Shown here piece by piece: positions 52,801 through 64,000 of a DNA stretch of 64,000 bases. Source of the DNA: Leptolyngbyaceae cyanobacterium. Its GTDB lineage: Bacteria > Cyanobacteriota > Cyanobacteriia > Phormidesmidales > Phormidesmidaceae. Numbering within the stretch: position 1 is the first letter of the stretch; each line of letters opens with the position of its first letter. The stretch is from NCBI GenBank assembly GCA_050331235.1, contig JBHJHA010000027.1, positions 1-64,000 on the forward strand. The letters are read 5' to 3'. A program made the translations under genes and the position numbers. The notes under the pieces are model-generated. The model saw only the letters and a program-made list of their open reading frames with translations, had not been told where the DNA came from and did not search any database.

Positions 52801-54549
52801 CTTGAGGAGTCGGGCATGTTCAGCCTGCTCTTCTAGTAAATTGCCTCGACGCCCCAACTGCATTTCTAGCGACATGACCAGGCGCTCACGCAGGGGATCG
52901 ATGGGCGGATTAGTTACCTGGGCAAACCGCTGCTTAAAGTAGTCGTACAGCAAGTGGGCCTTCGTCGACAGGACCGCCAGGGGAATATCATCTCCCATGC
53001 AGTAGGTCGGCTCTTTACCCTGAGCCGCCATATCTTGAATGATCATTTCGACATCTTCTGCTGTGTAGCCAAACGCGGTCTGCTGCTGCATCAGCGTGGC
53101 CCCTTTACAGATCGTCCCCTCCGCAAACATTTGTGGCTGAATCGCTTTGCGGTACTGATTCAGCCACTCGCCGTAGGGCGCTTGGTGGGCAACCCGCTGC
53201 TTGATATCCCAATTCTTGAGAATCTCATGGGTCTCGAAGTCGACAGCGATCATTTGCCCAGGCCCCAGACGGCCTTTTTCGACAATGCTGTCAACGGGCA
53301 CATCGACTACCCCAGCCTCCGAAGAAACAATGATCAAACCGTCGGAAGTGATAATGTAGCGAGCGGGTCTTAGGCCGTTGCGATCAAGGGCAGCTGCCAC
53401 CTGCTTACCATCGCCAAAGGCAATCAGGGCTGGACCATCCCAGGGCTCTTGTAAACCTGAATAAAAGTCGTAGAAGTCAGTAATTTCCGGATGCTGTTCT
53501 AGCGCTGGCTGATTGCGGTAGGCCTCTGGCACCATAATCATGAGCGCTTCCAAAGGAGTTCGGCCTGATCGCACTAGAAGCTCCATGACGCCATCCAGGT
53601 TGGCCGAGTCGCTATTGTCCATATTGACAATTGGCAACAGCTCTTCAACATGTCCCTTCCAGATGGGATGGGCTAAGTCGGCCTCGCGGGCCTTCATCCA
53701 GTTGATGTTGCCCACAAGGGTATTGATTTCACCATTGTGACCCACCAGTCGCATTGGGTGAGCGAGGGGCCACTTGGGCATGGTGTTAGTGCTGAAGCGT
53801 CGATGGTAGATTGCGAAGGGACTAACGTAATCGGCGTTTTGCAGGTCTAGGTAAAACTGGCTCAACACCTCAGAGCGCACCATCCCCTTGTAAACAATAG
53901 TCCGCGCCGAAAAAGAGCAGATGTAAGTTTCTCTCAGTGGCTGGGCTAGGGCATCGTCTCCGGACCAACTCACTTGGGCCCGATAGATCCGTCGCCGCAG
54001 GCGATACAATTCCCGCTCCAGCTCATCCCCACTGGCATGCTTAGCCTGGACTAAAAACTGCTCGATGCGAGGCCGATTTTGCTGGGCCAGGGGACCTAGC
54101 ACCTCGGGCTGCACCGGTACCTCACGCCAGCCGAGGACCGCAAACCCCTCTGCTTCTGCTGCATTGGCAAACAAATCACGGGCGATCGCCGCGGCCTCGT
54201 CTGCCAGTGGCAAAAAGACCATCGCCACACCGGTATGGTCAGACACTAACTCCGTGTCAATGCCGCTGGCCGTAGCCCAGTCTTGCAGCACCCGCCAGGG
54301 AATCGCCGTCATTACGCCAGCCCCGTCACCCGAATCTTTATCCGCACAGCAGCCCCCGCGATGCTCCATGCAGTTCAAGGCATCGAGTGCCTGTTGTACT
54401 AACTTAAAGCTGGCCCGCCCCTGCTGATCGGCAACAAACCCAACACCACAGGCGTCACGTTCTTCGACAATCGCGCGCGGCCCCCACTGGAGCATGCTGT
54501 AATCCATCGACTGATTGGACTGGTTTAAATTCAACGGTGTGTTTCCCAT
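49873..54549 (-). CDS. glsF: Glutamate synthase, ferredoxin-dependent type
   Basis: [40 protein letters not shown] domain; no small subunit adjacent. Confidence 0.95.
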   Translation of the reverse strand: MGNTPLNLNQSNQSMDYSMLQWGPRAIVEERDACGVGFVADQQGRASFKLVQQALDALNCMEHRGGCCADKDSGDGAGVMTAIPWRVLQDWATASGIDTELVSDHTGVAMVFLPLADEAAAIARDLFANAAEAEGFAVLGWREVPVQPEVLGPLAQQNRPRIEQFLVQAKHASGDELERELYRLRRRIYRAQVSWSGDDALAQPLRETYICSFSARTIVYKGMVRSEVLSQFYLDLQNADYVSPFAIYHRRFSTNTMPKWPLAHPMRLVGHNGEINTLVGNINWMKAREADLAHPIWKGHVEELLPIVNMDNSDSANLDGVMELLVRSGRTPLEALMIMVPEAYRNQPALEQHPEITDFYDFYSGLQEPWDGPALIAFGDGKQVAAALDRNGLRPARYIITSDGLIIVSSEAGVVDVPVDSIVEKGRLGPGQMIAVDFETHEILKNWDIKQRVAHQAPYGEWLNQYRKAIQPQMFAEGTICKGATLMQQQTAFGYTAEDVEMIIQDMAAQGKEPTYCMGDDIPLAVLSTKAHLLYDYFKQRFAQVTNPPIDPLRERLVMSLEMQLGRRGNLLEEQAEHARLLKLDSPVLNESELEQVQQSGFQASLLSTLCALDSGPDGLHQAIQQLCDRATAAVKAGSEILVLSDRANDQGETCPLDLDTTYIPPLVATGAVHHHLIRQGLRMHASIVVDTAQCWSTHHFACLIGYGASAVCPYLALESVRHWWHDSRTQKLMETGKIERVTLNGAQANYRKAVENGLLKILSKMGISLITSYQGAQIFEAVGIGPDLLETAFRGTTSRLGGLTLTDLAQETNLFHQKAFPELGGKRLENMGFVKAMPKGEYHMNTPALTKALHKALESKEYDHYELYKSHLENRTPTALRDLLDLTSDRTPVPIDEVEPAASIMERFCTGGMSLGALSQEAHEVLAIAMNRIGGKSNSGEGGEDPKRFKVLKNVDVEGRSELYPNLKGLRDGDTASSAIKQVASGRFGVTPEYLMHAKQIEIKMAQGAKPGEGGQLPGKKVSSYIAMLRRSKPGVPLISPPPHHDIYSIEDLAQLIFDLHQINPKAGVSVKLVAEIGIGTIAAGVAKANADVIQISGHDGGTGASPLSSIKHAGLPWELGLTEVHRVLMANQLRDRVLLRVDGGLKTGWDVVMGALMGAEEYGFGSIAMIAEGCIMARVCHTNNCPVGVASQKEELRKRFTGIPEHVVNFFYFVAEEVRSLLARLGFRSLNEIVGRTDLLKPRTGVDLTKTDSLTLAALLELPDVSQDRTWLNHGGIHSNGPVLDDELLADADIQTAIADHGSVSKRFKVINTDRTVGARVSGAIADRHGNSGFEGHLNLTFDGTAGQSFGAFNLPGMTLTLVGEANDYVGKGMHGGEIIIKPFAGIAYDPSENVILGNTCLYGATGGTLYAQGIAGERFAVRNSKGQAVIEGAGDHCCEYMTGGVVVVLGPVGRNVGAGMTGGLAYFLDEAGSFPTLVNPEIVKVQRVITEAGAAQLKMLIRAHADQTGSPKAAKILADWDAYLPQFWQVVPPSEADTPVANPDATTEDKVLSSV

Positions 54550-55000
54550 GGGACAGCTTTATCAACAAGGAGTAGTATCAATGGCAATGATCATATCGAG
54601 CAGCTTGAGCCCTTGCCCAGCAGGGAAATCGTTCTATTTCACCTGACGCAGAGCAGCCGCAACACATAAATCAGTTCAGCCGGTCAGTCGTCATCTGAGA
54701 ATAAACTCGAAATCGATAGGCTCGACTTACTTAAAACGCCACAAATGAGCCGGCAGACATGCCGTCGGGGGCAGCGTTCTGTGACTACGACCGCACTGCT
54801 CAGCGGCAATAGCAGTCAGAGCAAAACAGGCTGTTAGGCTGTTTAGTCAAGAGTCTAAGACAACCTGGATTGATGATTATACCGCCCTGAACTCGCGTAA
54901 TGCACTGTGCCATACAGAACGAGCAGCCAGTGGGGCCATGCTGTAAATCCATAATTATTGACAAGTATTTCAGTATTAAGCGGTTAGGGCGCTAATTGCT

Positions 55001-55014
55001 GTACGAAAGATTAC
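55001..55014. promoter_or_regulatory. Possible NtcA box
   Basis: GTA-CGAAAGAT-TAC in the divergent region upstream of glsF. Confidence 0.35.
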
Positions 55015-55063
55015 GCTTTTAGGAAAAAAATCTGTCAACTTCTTCGATTCATGGCTATTCAGT

Positions 55064-56869
55064 ATGCAAAACGCTCAGTCTAAGCGATGGATTTCTCTAG
55101 TCTTGGGGCTCAGCATCACTAGCGTCGCTTTAGGAAGCTTGCTCAACCCGCGTCTGGTGGCGATCGCCTGGTCAGCCCATACAGCCAAAGCCCCCCCCCG
55201 CATGGCCCCCCCAATGGCCCAGTTACCTGTCCCCACACAGGGCGACAGCATCACTGTCGGATCGATTACTTTGCCGATTCCTTGGCAACGACAGGGCGAT
55301 CGCATCGGCGTTGCTGACATTCCCTTGATGACCCATTTGGGGATAGAACTGCAAGATAGCACCACAGCCGAGCAACAGCCAGTGCTCTGGTTTTCTGACA
55401 CAGCGGTGCCATTACCCACTTGGTTCAGCCATGGCTACCGCTACTTAGACCTCACGGCTTGGGCTAGCCAGCGTGGGTGGTCACTCATTCCCACTGGCAA
55501 TCGCTTGGCAATACAAGCACCGACCGGCACCGTCACGGCGGGTCGACGCAGCTCACAAGCCGGGGGCGATCGCTTAGTACTCGAGGTCAATCGGCCTATC
55601 CTATGGACCTTAGAGGAAACGGCGACTACATTTACCTTGACGCTGCAAGCCACTGCCGCTAGCACCTTTGAACCGAGTGCCCTCGTCGGCAATCAGGGCA
55701 GCGAGTTCAACTCGTTACAGATCATAACGGGCAACGGTCAATTGCAGCTGCGCGGCACCTTTGATGAAACCTCCCGTCCCCGGGTTTGGAGTCTATCCAG
55801 CCCTAATCGCATTGTGGTGGACGTCAATCAGCGGGATGTGGTGCCTCGAGAAATCCGCTGGGCTCCAGACGTGCTGTGGAAACAGGACTATCTCAGCGTG
55901 GGCGATCGCAGTTTTCCCGTCCATCAGCTCTGGCTCAATCTCAACGACCGCACCAGCCTCGAGCCGATTTGGGGGAACCCCGCTCAACTACCGGGGATTA
56001 CACCCCTTAAAACGATGGCGGCCGATGCCCAAGCCTACTTCGCGATTAATGCAGGCTTTTTTAACCGCAATAACCAGCTGCCCCTAGGAGCCATTCGCAA
56101 AGATGACCAGTGGATTTCAGGACCGATTTTGGGTCGCGGGGCGATCGCGTGGAATGCTCAACGTCAGTTTCTCCTCAGTCGGCTTGCCTTAACCCATACC
56201 CTGACGACGGCCCAGGGGGCTACCTTGGTCGTGAATGATATCAATAGTGGCTTTGTCCAAGCCGGAATTGGCCTCTATACCGCCGCCTGGGGCAGCACCT
56301 ATACGCCCATCACCGATGGAGAAATGCTGATCACCGTGAATCAAAATCGCGTCGTACAGCAAACCCCTGGCAGCGTTGCCGGGATAGGAGCCCATGTCAT
56401 TCCTCGGGAGGGCTATCTGCTAGCTTTACGGTCCTTTAACTCTGCCGCCCAAGCTTTGCCGGTGGGCACCTCCTTGACGCTGACCCCCGATTTGCGCCCG
56501 GCGGCGTTCAGCAACTATCCCTTTGCCGTTGGGGGCGGCCCCATCCTCGTCCAAAACGGCCAAATCAACGCGAATGCTCAAGCAGAAGGATTTAGCGATG
56601 CGTTTGCGGCCCAGGCCGCACCCCGCAGTGCGATCGCCACAACCCCAGACGGCAATTTGATTTTGGTCGCCATTCATTGCAGTCCTGGCGGGCGCGGCCC
56701 GACCTTAAAGGAAGCCGCCCAAATCATGCAGCAGCTCGGTGCCCAAAATGCGCTCAACCTCGATGGCGGCACGTCATCCAGTCTGTATCTTGGCGGCACA
56801 ATCATCAATCGCCACGGCAGCACTGTGGGCCGCGTACACAATGGACTTGGCGGCTTTCTTGCCCCATAA
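55064..56869 (+). CDS. Phosphodiester glycosidase (NAGPA-like) family protein
   Basis: AINAGFF, APRSAI, ALNLDGGTSS. Confidence 0.88.
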   Translation: MQNAQSKRWISLVLGLSITSVALGSLLNPRLVAIAWSAHTAKAPPRMAPPMAQLPVPTQGDSITVGSITLPIPWQRQGDRIGVADIPLMTHLGIELQDSTTAEQQPVLWFSDTAVPLPTWFSHGYRYLDLTAWASQRGWSLIPTGNRLAIQAPTGTVTAGRRSSQAGGDRLVLEVNRPILWTLEETATTFTLTLQATAASTFEPSALVGNQGSEFNSLQIITGNGQLQLRGTFDETSRPRVWSLSSPNRIVVDVNQRDVVPREIRWAPDVLWKQDYLSVGDRSFPVHQLWLNLNDRTSLEPIWGNPAQLPGITPLKTMAADAQAYFAINAGFFNRNNQLPLGAIRKDDQWISGPILGRGAIAWNAQRQFLLSRLALTHTLTTAQGATLVVNDINSGFVQAGIGLYTAAWGSTYTPITDGEMLITVNQNRVVQQTPGSVAGIGAHVIPREGYLLALRSFNSAAQALPVGTSLTLTPDLRPAAFSNYPFAVGGGPILVQNGQINANAQAEGFSDAFAAQAAPRSAIATTPDGNLILVAIHCSPGGRGPTLKEAAQIMQQLGAQNALNLDGGTSSSLYLGGTIINRHGSTVGRVHNGLGGFLAP

Positions 56870-56879
56870 CGACTGACCG

Positions 56880-57806
56880 CTATTCAATAAACTCATCGTC
56901 AGCGGCGGCATCATCGGCCCCAGCTTCAGAATCAGCTTCAGGGTCAGTGGTCGATTCTGGGTCTCCTGGAGCGATCGCCTCACCATCCGCCGCAGGGTCT
57001 GCTCCACCATTTTCACCCGCAGCTAGTTGGCGCACCTGATCTTTAAACTGAGCTGGGGCCATCTCCTCAGCTTGCTTAAATAACACTGCCGCGTCTGGGG
57101 CGCGACCAGTGTCTCTCAAAACAAGGGCCTTAGCTAGCACCGGCCGGAAGTCATCCGGAGCCGCCGCGATCGCGTCGTCATACACCCGCAGCGCCTCATC
57201 GGTATCGCCCTCTTCCACATACACCTGCGCTAACAACAGCTGCACTGAGCCAGTATCAATGGCTCCAGGGGTGACTTCATTGGTTTGAGGGGCGGTCTGC
57301 AACGTGTCCTGCAGCAGACCAACCGCCGCCTGGGGACGCCCCTGCTGTAAGAGCAGTGCGGTCAGCCCCTGAAGGGCACTCATCTCTCCGGGACGCTGGG
57401 TTAAAACCGTGCGGTACGCTTCTGCCGCGCCTTCTAAATCACCAATACTTTGCTTGGTTTGCCCTAATAACACCCGATACTCTGGCGTATTAGGGCTGAG
57501 GTCAGCTAACTTCTCGAGGGGCTCAACGACCCCTTCCAGGTCACCGAGCTGAATTCTAGCCTCTACCAACCCTTCGATCGCCGTAAGGTTATCTGGCTCC
57601 CGTTCCAAGACGAGTTCATAGCCCCGTGCTCGATCTTCCAGTTCTGCCTGCACAGCCGCAGCGTCAGTGGCAGTATCCCCAGTCGCCGTCGTCGCTGGGC
57701 GATCGCCCCCCGCGGACAAGAAGGGCAAAATTGACAGGGCCAAAAAGGCCCCAACCGCAACCACCAAAACCCCAATGACTAACCACCGATTACGCTTTGC
57801 CGCCAC
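56880..57806 (-). CDS. Membrane-anchored TPR protein
   Basis: N-terminal TM, GYELVLEREPDN, several TPR helices. Confidence 0.88.
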   Translation of the reverse strand: MAAKRNRWLVIGVLVVAVGAFLALSILPFLSAGGDRPATTATGDTATDAAAVQAELEDRARGYELVLEREPDNLTAIEGLVEARIQLGDLEGVVEPLEKLADLSPNTPEYRVLLGQTKQSIGDLEGAAEAYRTVLTQRPGEMSALQGLTALLLQQGRPQAAVGLLQDTLQTAPQTNEVTPGAIDTGSVQLLLAQVYVEEGDTDEALRVYDDAIAAAPDDFRPVLAKALVLRDTGRAPDAAVLFKQAEEMAPAQFKDQVRQLAAGENGGADPAADGEAIAPGDPESTTDPEADSEAGADDAAADDEFIE

Positions 57807-58117
57807 AAGCGAAGATCCGAATTCAACCTGCCCATCTTAGCGCCTCAACCTAGGAGAAAACCCTGATGATATCCGTCTACACACTGAGGAATGTTCATAC
57901 CATCCCTCATAAAATGATGCGGATTTGTCCCCAGAGCACGCGGAAAGACAAGACAGTACGCCGCTTTAAGCAAGCGGTCTTCACCTTGAAGAATCGATTG
58001 GAAGGATCTCGCGGGATTACAATCTGCGGTGCTAACCTTGAGGGAACAACCCCCATTCTGACGACGATCTCAATAGGTGTAGGTGGGAGTTTTAGGTTCA
58101 GGAGGATTCAGAGACCC

Positions 58118-59242
58118 ATGAGTGCAGCGGATAAGCCATCCCCCAACGTGTCGTCTCAAGACAACAGCAAACCGTTAAGTACACCGCCCCGCCGTCCTTC
58201 TTTGCGCCAGCCTCCCCCCCGCCCTGAATCCCAACCTGCCAAGGCAGCTCCACCGGCAGCGTCGAAGGCGATCGCGCCGCCAGCGGCGGCCCCTACGGTC
58301 CCATCAGCCGCCGTTGCCGATACGCCATCGGCAGTACCCCCAATGCCGAATCACCCCATTGCCCCGCCCAGCGAACCGATGCAATACCGCGCTATCGGAT
58401 TGGTCAAAGGCACTTATCACCCTTCCGAGGAGCAGCTCAACCGGGGCAACATCGTGACGGATGATGGCGTGGTTATTGACTCGGTGCTGTTGGGCCGAGT
58501 CACTAGCCTTATCAAAAAGCATCTTGATTTAGAAAGCTCCCACCTGTGGGTGGTTTACCCTCGTACCCGGCAAGGGAATGGCGAAGATGAGGGCGAGGAA
58601 GCGGCCTGCGGCCTGCATTTGCAAATCGTCGGGGTTTGGGAGCCAGATACCCTCGGATTGCCAGGGGAAAATCCTAAAACGAAAGCCAAAGCAGCAGCAG
58701 CTTCATCAGACGCAGAAGACAGTGTGCCTGATAAAGCTGCGCCGGCTGCGGGTGATCAGAATGACTCTGCCCTTACCGCAGCAGACATGTCGGCGGCGGT
58801 TCCCGAAGCCACTGCTGAAATCGATGATGTCGCAGCAGGCGACCCACCTCCCCTACCATCGGAAAACTACTTCTCCATTCGTGGTGAAGTGCTGAACTAT
58901 GAGGAAGACTCAGGCAACATCCTGATCAAAATCGTCCAGGGGGCTAAGCGGTCAGGCAAACCTCCCAAGGCCTTCAAGCTGAATGTCTTTGGCAACATCA
59001 CCGGCAAAATTCTGGGTTACTTTTGGGAATTTGATATCGAGCGCCAGGGCGAGAAACTCATCGTTACTGACGGGCGCTCGATTCGTATGGTACCGCCGAA
59101 GAAGAAAAAGAAAGGCGGTCGCCCGTCAGGGGTTCGTCGAGGCTCTCGCCCAGGCGGGCCGAGCGGCAAACCCAAACCAAGCCGCAATACTGAAAAACCC
59201 CGGATTCGCCCCTCGGCTCCTGTTAAGTCAAATCCGCTGTAG
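58118..59242 (+). CDS. Conserved hypothetical protein
   Basis: GGAGG before ATG 58118; PIAPPSEPMQYRAIGLV, HLWVVYPRT, YFSIRGEV. Confidence 0.82.
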   Translation: MSAADKPSPNVSSQDNSKPLSTPPRRPSLRQPPPRPESQPAKAAPPAASKAIAPPAAAPTVPSAAVADTPSAVPPMPNHPIAPPSEPMQYRAIGLVKGTYHPSEEQLNRGNIVTDDGVVIDSVLLGRVTSLIKKHLDLESSHLWVVYPRTRQGNGEDEGEEAACGLHLQIVGVWEPDTLGLPGENPKTKAKAAAASSDAEDSVPDKAAPAAGDQNDSALTAADMSAAVPEATAEIDDVAAGDPPPLPSENYFSIRGEVLNYEEDSGNILIKIVQGAKRSGKPPKAFKLNVFGNITGKILGYFWEFDIERQGEKLIVTDGRSIRMVPPKKKKKGGRPSGVRRGSRPGGPSGKPKPSRNTEKPRIRPSAPVKSNPL

Positions 59243-59266
59243 TAGCGTCAGGCGCCGCCCTATCAG

Positions 59267-59776
59267 TTAGTGAACGGAACGGCGGCGATAGCGCTGCTTG
59301 CAGCACCGCAACTGCTTGAGCCACCACGCCGCTGGCCTGCCATAAAATGCAAAAATATCGCCAAAGGCTTGGTTTGCATGTTGGTGATGGATCCAGTGTC
59401 GCTCTGGAGTGGTGATATGGCAGGTTCGGCATAGTTTAGTTAGCCATGCTGGGCGATCGCCAGCCGCAAAAAAGCGATGACGCCAAATCACATGCAGCTC
59501 AGCCAGGATGAGACCAAGGGCAACTCCCCAGGGGGAAATTTGCCATAGCCCAGGGATAAACATCAAATACGGAAAAGCACTCAAAAATCCGTCAATCAGG
59601 GCAACGGGCTGGCGGTTTTGGATAGCATAACGGACGAAGCTGCGCTTAGGGCTGTGGTGCACAATGCTGTGAAACTTACCAAACACATGCTCAGGAACGT
59701 GGTAGCCGAAGGTCGCAACGAAATCCCCTAGCAACAGCAGCAGCGTAGCTGCTGTAAGTAGACGAAGAAAGTCCAT
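59267..59776 (-). CDS. Sterol desaturase/fatty acid hydroxylase family protein
   Basis: His boxes HVPEH, HSIVHH, HVIWRH, HWIHH. Confidence 0.85.
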   Translation of the reverse strand: MDFLRLLTAATLLLLLGDFVATFGYHVPEHVFGKFHSIVHHSPKRSFVRYAIQNRQPVALIDGFLSAFPYLMFIPGLWQISPWGVALGLILAELHVIWRHRFFAAGDRPAWLTKLCRTCHITTPERHWIHHQHANQAFGDIFAFYGRPAAWWLKQLRCCKQRYRRRSVH

Positions 59777-60104
59777 AGAGTCCTCTTCCACAAGACACAG
59801 GCTGGTGGCAAGTTAGCAAACAGGGTTTAAAGAAAATTTAACGATTGTTTTAGATGCGGTATAGAGCAGATTGTCGATCGCGCATCTATCTCAAGTGGCA
59901 AATTAGGGCGAGACTGCCGAGGTGTTTTTTTGGGCGTCGCTACAAAGCCGTGCCGTTCCCCGCTGAAAATAATGGGTTATCAGCTTTACCCAAGCCGACT
60001 AACCAAGTTTTAAGGTTGATTTGTATTAAGGAGACGCCAAATTTACTCAGCCAGTACAGTTCTTTTGTTAAAACCATCTAGCAAGCCTTTTGCGAATTAG
60101 CGCC

Positions 60105-61754
60105 ATGTATACCCTCAGCCCTTTTACCTGCTCTCGTTTACAGCGCTTGCCCAAGCAACCTGTTATCTGGGAAGGCGATCGCCGTCCGATCTCGGAGGGT
60201 CTGTTAGAAGCGTTTGGGTATGAAGCTAATCTGCCCGGCGAAGACAACGAAGCCAGCGACTGCATTCTCTGGGTGGATGGCACGGAAGGGGTATTACGCG
60301 CCGTTACCATTGTGCCTGCTGATACCGGTCACGAAGCCGTGGTCAGAACCCTATTGCAGGCAATGGAGCATCCTCAAGGAGCCATTCCACCGGCGCGGCC
60401 CCATAAGCTGGTGGTATGCGATCGCGAAATCCATTTTTTTCTCCGCGGCGCCTTGCAAGATCTCGATCTCGCCGTTGACTACACTGAAGCATTGCCTATC
60501 ATTGACGAGATTTTTGAGAGTTTGCAGCAGCCCAATGACGCGCAGGCCAATGCTCTGCCAGCCGATTGGGAGCAGGTCATGGGTGAGCAAGCCCATCGGT
60601 TCTGGGATATTGCCCCCTGGAATCATCTGGGAGACGACCAAATCCTTCAAATTGACCTCAATCAGTGGAATCTAGATCGACTTTATGTTTCAGTCTTGGG
60701 CATGGCTGGCCTGGAATATGGCTTACTGATTTATCGCTCCCTAGAATCCTTGACTCAGTTTCGCAAAACGGCCACTACTGAGAACCTGAGTCCCCGGCAG
60801 ATGCAACAGGCATTTTTGTCCCAGGACTGCCTATTTCTTAATTTCGAACTTATTCGCGATGAGGCCGCCCCCCCCTTGCTGCCCCTCCCCTGGATGCAGT
60901 CAGCGCCCTCAGAAGTTGTTCCTGAATTTGGCAGTATCCATCCTTTGGAGGGGCTCAGGCATACCCTAGAACTCGAAGAAGCTGCGGCATTGCGAGTCTG
61001 TTTAGAGACCCTCAGTCGGTTTTTTGCTGAACAGGAAGAGGACCTGAGCGGCGCTGACTTTCCCGATTTAGCTAGCGAATATCAAATTCCTAATCCACTG
61101 GGACAGTCACCGCTGACGGTATCCGTGTGCACTTGCCCGACCATCGCTGCTCAGCTTGCTATCAGCGAAGAGCTCGGTGATATTGATCAACAACTGGCCG
61201 CGTTAGAAATGCCGCGATTTCGCGATGACTACGTTCCAGAAGGGTCGCTAGTGTTACTGACGCGTTTACCGCTGGCGACTATCCATCAAATTCAGCAGAA
61301 GCAGCATTACTTTGCGATCGCCCAGTCACCGCCCGACAGTGACATGCTTCCCGTGGTCGCCATTCAAACCACCCGTGCCAAGGCCCAAAAGCTCAACGCT
61401 CAGCTCCAAGCTGCCCAAGGCGTAGAAGCGATTTGCTTTAACCCGAGCAGTGACCCCATCTCCGGCGACACCTTGCAGCTCGGTCTGCTGAGTACTCGAG
61501 ACGGCGACTATCACCTGTTTGTAGAATTCTCCGCTGCTGACAGCCATGACACGAAACTTTTGAAGCAGTGGCAACAGTGGTGCGAGGCTACTGACGGCAT
61601 CTGTGGGGTAATGATTGCTTCGGGGGTGACGGGTGGAGCGCGGGGTAAACCGGGCCTCAAAGAGCATGTCGCGTTTTTTGAGACCTATCTCAAACAGCCG
61701 GAAGAGCTCAATTTGCCCCCGCTGCGGATGAGCTATGCCCTGGACTGGGAATAG
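60105..61754 (+). CDS. Conserved hypothetical protein (DUF6930-like)
   Basis: WEGDRR, CILWVDG, SVLGM.GLEYG..YRS, FGSIHPLEGLR. Confidence 0.8.
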   Translation: MYTLSPFTCSRLQRLPKQPVIWEGDRRPISEGLLEAFGYEANLPGEDNEASDCILWVDGTEGVLRAVTIVPADTGHEAVVRTLLQAMEHPQGAIPPARPHKLVVCDREIHFFLRGALQDLDLAVDYTEALPIIDEIFESLQQPNDAQANALPADWEQVMGEQAHRFWDIAPWNHLGDDQILQIDLNQWNLDRLYVSVLGMAGLEYGLLIYRSLESLTQFRKTATTENLSPRQMQQAFLSQDCLFLNFELIRDEAAPPLLPLPWMQSAPSEVVPEFGSIHPLEGLRHTLELEEAAALRVCLETLSRFFAEQEEDLSGADFPDLASEYQIPNPLGQSPLTVSVCTCPTIAAQLAISEELGDIDQQLAALEMPRFRDDYVPEGSLVLLTRLPLATIHQIQQKQHYFAIAQSPPDSDMLPVVAIQTTRAKAQKLNAQLQAAQGVEAICFNPSSDPISGDTLQLGLLSTRDGDYHLFVEFSAADSHDTKLLKQWQQWCEATDGICGVMIASGVTGGARGKPGLKEHVAFFETYLKQPEELNLPPLRMSYALDWE

Positions 61755-61885
61755 CTAGCCTCACTCAACGCTAGTCACCGAGGGGCTATAGAGTTCCCAG
61801 TGGAATGGGGAAAACTCTGCCCACAACCTGTCAGGAACTATTAAAATACGTAAAGTCATTTTTTATAGAGGGCAGATCACCGCGC

Positions 61886-63322
61886 ATGCGAGTTGCGATT
61901 GTTGGGGCAGGGTTGGCAGGCTTAGCCACCGCGGTTGAGTTGGCCGATGCCGGACATGAGATTGAGATCTTTGAGAGCCGACCTTTTGTTGGTGGCAAGG
62001 TCGGCAGTTGGGTAGACAAAGACGGCAACCATGTTGAGATGGGATTGCATGTTTTCTTTGGGTGCTACTACAACCTATTTGAGCTGATGCAGCGGGTTAA
62101 TGCATTTCAACACCTGCGGCTAAAGGAGCACACACATACATTTGTTAATCGCGGCGGCGGCACCGGCAAGCTCGACTTTCGTTTTTTGACAGGGGCTCCC
62201 TTCAACGGACTGAAGGCTTTTTTCACGACGTCGCAGCTCTCGGCGGTGGACAAAGCGATGAACGCGATCGCCCTCGGCACAAGTCCCATTGTTCGGGGGC
62301 TGGTCGATTTCAAAGGTGCGATGAAGGTGATTCGTGAGCTAGACCGGATCAGCTTTGCCGATTGGTTTCGTCAGCATGGGGGCTCCAATGGGAGCCTCAA
62401 ACGGATGTGGAACCCGATCGCGTATGCTCTCGGATTCATTGACACCGAGAATATTTCTGCCCGCTGCATGCTCACCATCTTTTTATTCTTTGCAACTAAA
62501 AGCGAAGCCTCCGTGCTGCGGATGCTGGAAGGTTCGCCGGACGAATTTCTGCATCAGCCCATCCTTCGCTACTTAGAAGAGCGCGGGGTCAAAGTCCATA
62601 CCCGGCGAGGCGTGCGAGAAATCTTGTTTTCAGACAGTGGGAATGCGACGCATGTGACGGGGCTGGCAGTCGCGGCTGGAGACGTGGCTGAGACTGTGAC
62701 GGCTGATGCTTATGTCGCGGCCTGTGATATCCCAGGAATTAAACGCTTACTGCCCGAAGCCTGGCGCCGCTGGCCAGAGTTTGACAATATTTACCGGCTA
62801 GACGCCGTGCCGGTGGCAACTGTGCAACTACGCTTTGATGGCTGGGTGACAGAGCTCCAAAATCCGCAGGCTGCTCAGCAAGTCGAAACACCAACGGGGT
62901 TGGATAACCTACTCTATACTCCAGATGCCGACTTTTCTTGCTTTGCGGACTTGGCTCTAACAAGTCCCACTGACTACTACCGCGAAGGGGAAGGCTCCCT
63001 GTTACAGTGTGTGCTCACGCCCGGTGATCCCTTTATCAAGGAGAACAACGATGAGATCGCCCAGCATGTACTGAAACAGGTGCACGATTTATTTCCCTCT
63101 TCCCGCGAGCTCAATCTGACCTGGCACAATGTGGTTAAATTGGCGCAGTCTCTCTACCGTGAGGCACCGGGAATGGATCCCTATCGTCCCCACCAAGTCA
63201 CTCCAGTTGATAATTTCTTTTTGGCTGGCAGCTATACGCAGCAGGATTACATCGATAGTATGGAGGGAGCCACCCTGTCTGGCAAGCAGGCAGCGGGGGC
63301 AATTTTGGAACGGATGAGATAA
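61886..63322 (+). CDS. zds: zeta-carotene desaturase (CrtQ/Zds)
   Basis: [31 protein letters not shown]. Confidence 0.95.
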   Translation: MRVAIVGAGLAGLATAVELADAGHEIEIFESRPFVGGKVGSWVDKDGNHVEMGLHVFFGCYYNLFELMQRVNAFQHLRLKEHTHTFVNRGGGTGKLDFRFLTGAPFNGLKAFFTTSQLSAVDKAMNAIALGTSPIVRGLVDFKGAMKVIRELDRISFADWFRQHGGSNGSLKRMWNPIAYALGFIDTENISARCMLTIFLFFATKSEASVLRMLEGSPDEFLHQPILRYLEERGVKVHTRRGVREILFSDSGNATHVTGLAVAAGDVAETVTADAYVAACDIPGIKRLLPEAWRRWPEFDNIYRLDAVPVATVQLRFDGWVTELQNPQAAQQVETPTGLDNLLYTPDADFSCFADLALTSPTDYYREGEGSLLQCVLTPGDPFIKENNDEIAQHVLKQVHDLFPSSRELNLTWHNVVKLAQSLYREAPGMDPYRPHQVTPVDNFFLAGSYTQQDYIDSMEGATLSGKQAAGAILERMR

Positions 63323-63326
63323 CTCA

Positions 63327-63776
63327 ATGGCTGACTGGTTGGAGCACAGTGTCTTAATAGAAGTCGATGCACCGGTAGCACTGTCTTGGGAATTGTGGTC
63401 TGACCTACAGCAGATGCCCCGCTGGATGAAATGGATCGAGTCGGTCAAGATTTTGGAGGACGAGCCGAACCTGTCGCGATGGAAATTGGCCGCCGGGGGA
63501 TTTGAGTTCACTTGGCTATCGCAGATCACTAAACTAGTGGAAAATCAGCTCATTCAATGGGAAGCCGTAGATGGGCTGCCCAATCGGGGGGCTATCCGGT
63601 TTTATGACCACAAAGACAAGAGCGCAGTCAAACTTACGGTCGCTTATTCGATCCCAAGCTTTTTGGGTAAGCTGATGGACAATTTATTTTTAGGACGCAT
63701 TGTTGAATCGACCCTAGAAGCCGATCTCAAACGATTCCAAACCTATGTAAACCAAATTCAGCGAGAACGTACTTGA
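63327..63776 (+). CDS. SRPBCC/START family protein
   Basis: WLEHSV, MPRWMKWI, GLPNRGAIRFY; directly after zds. Confidence 0.9.
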   Translation: MADWLEHSVLIEVDAPVALSWELWSDLQQMPRWMKWIESVKILEDEPNLSRWKLAAGGFEFTWLSQITKLVENQLIQWEAVDGLPNRGAIRFYDHKDKSAVKLTVAYSIPSFLGKLMDNLFLGRIVESTLEADLKRFQTYVNQIQRERT

Positions 63777-63786
63777 GTTACTGGGC

Positions 63787-64000
63787 ATGGCGGTTGACCA
63801 TCCATCATTAGCCCTGGCCCTAGCCCAGCACCACGATCGCTTTGCCAAGGCACTGCAAGGGCTACCGAGGCGAGTTGAGCAGCGCTACTTTGCCCATGTG
63901 CTGTTGTGTCGACTGTGGCTAATCCATGAATTGCAGCAGTCAGGATATTTAGGGAATGGCGATCGCTGGTATCTGCACAATCAGTTAAGTCGCCACAGCC
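63787..64000 (+). CDS. 5' end of a gene resembling N6-adenine methyltransferase/type IIG RM proteins
   Basis: Open to the window end: RYFAHVLLCRLWLIHELQQSGYLGNGDRWYLHN, like the helical LLNRL.F..FLQ..G.L segment of such enzymes. Confidence 0.5.
   Translation, partial: MAVDHPSLALALAQHHDRFAKALQGLPRRVEQRYFAHVLLCRLWLIHELQQSGYLGNGDRWYLHNQLSRHS

Larger units (their letters stand above)
1..64000. repeat. HIP1 octamer GCGATCGC dispersed through the window
   Basis: Very many copies in core genes (e.g. 1746, 8565, 13506); I see none in the AT-rich 3.9-6.5 kb and 13.6-15.0 kb blocks. Established cyanobacterial signature. Confidence 0.95.

Noticed and set aside
446..63529. Many short ORF-track entries overlapping or antisense to real genes (e.g. 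15488-16132, 19853-20503, 23264-23863)
   Set aside because: Shadow frames of well-supported genes.
8570..64000. Partner transposon end or cas12k/tns genes
   Set aside because: No inverted cluster of GCGACAT..GCGAA ending in TACA and no such ORFs were seen by eye.

Overview
Chromosomal window from a cyanobacterium. The HIP1 octamer GCGATCGC is very frequent and the genes include a Fd-GOGAT, zds and PEP-CTERM proteins; a Leptolyngbyaceae-like filamentous strain is an inference. Bases 1-8220 look like the decaying right end of a genomic island integrated in tRNA-Thr(CGT). This part holds an HTH-NB-ARC gene, a parDE pair with a frameshifted toxin, broken WD40 and HEAT-TIR genes, and a displaced tRNA 3' half. 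Immediately after it (8240-8569) is an unannotated remnant of a type V-K CRISPR-associated transposon (CAST): a transposon end with four TnsB-site-like repeats, a delocalised homing crRNA aimed at the same tRNA-Thr, and one 37-nt repeat fused at a HIP1 site to a 5'-truncated PEP-CTERM gene. At about 17.47-17.87 kb, divergent from an ABC exporter, is a ~400-nt stretch with about ten nested helices that I cannot assign to any known RNA family; it is the best candidate here for something undescribed. The rest is mostly ordinary core genome (cax, GH13, PP2C, rluE, msrP, desaturase, sodium:solute symporter, glsF, zds) with a few further pseudogenes. All calls are from reading the sequence by eye; no searches were run.
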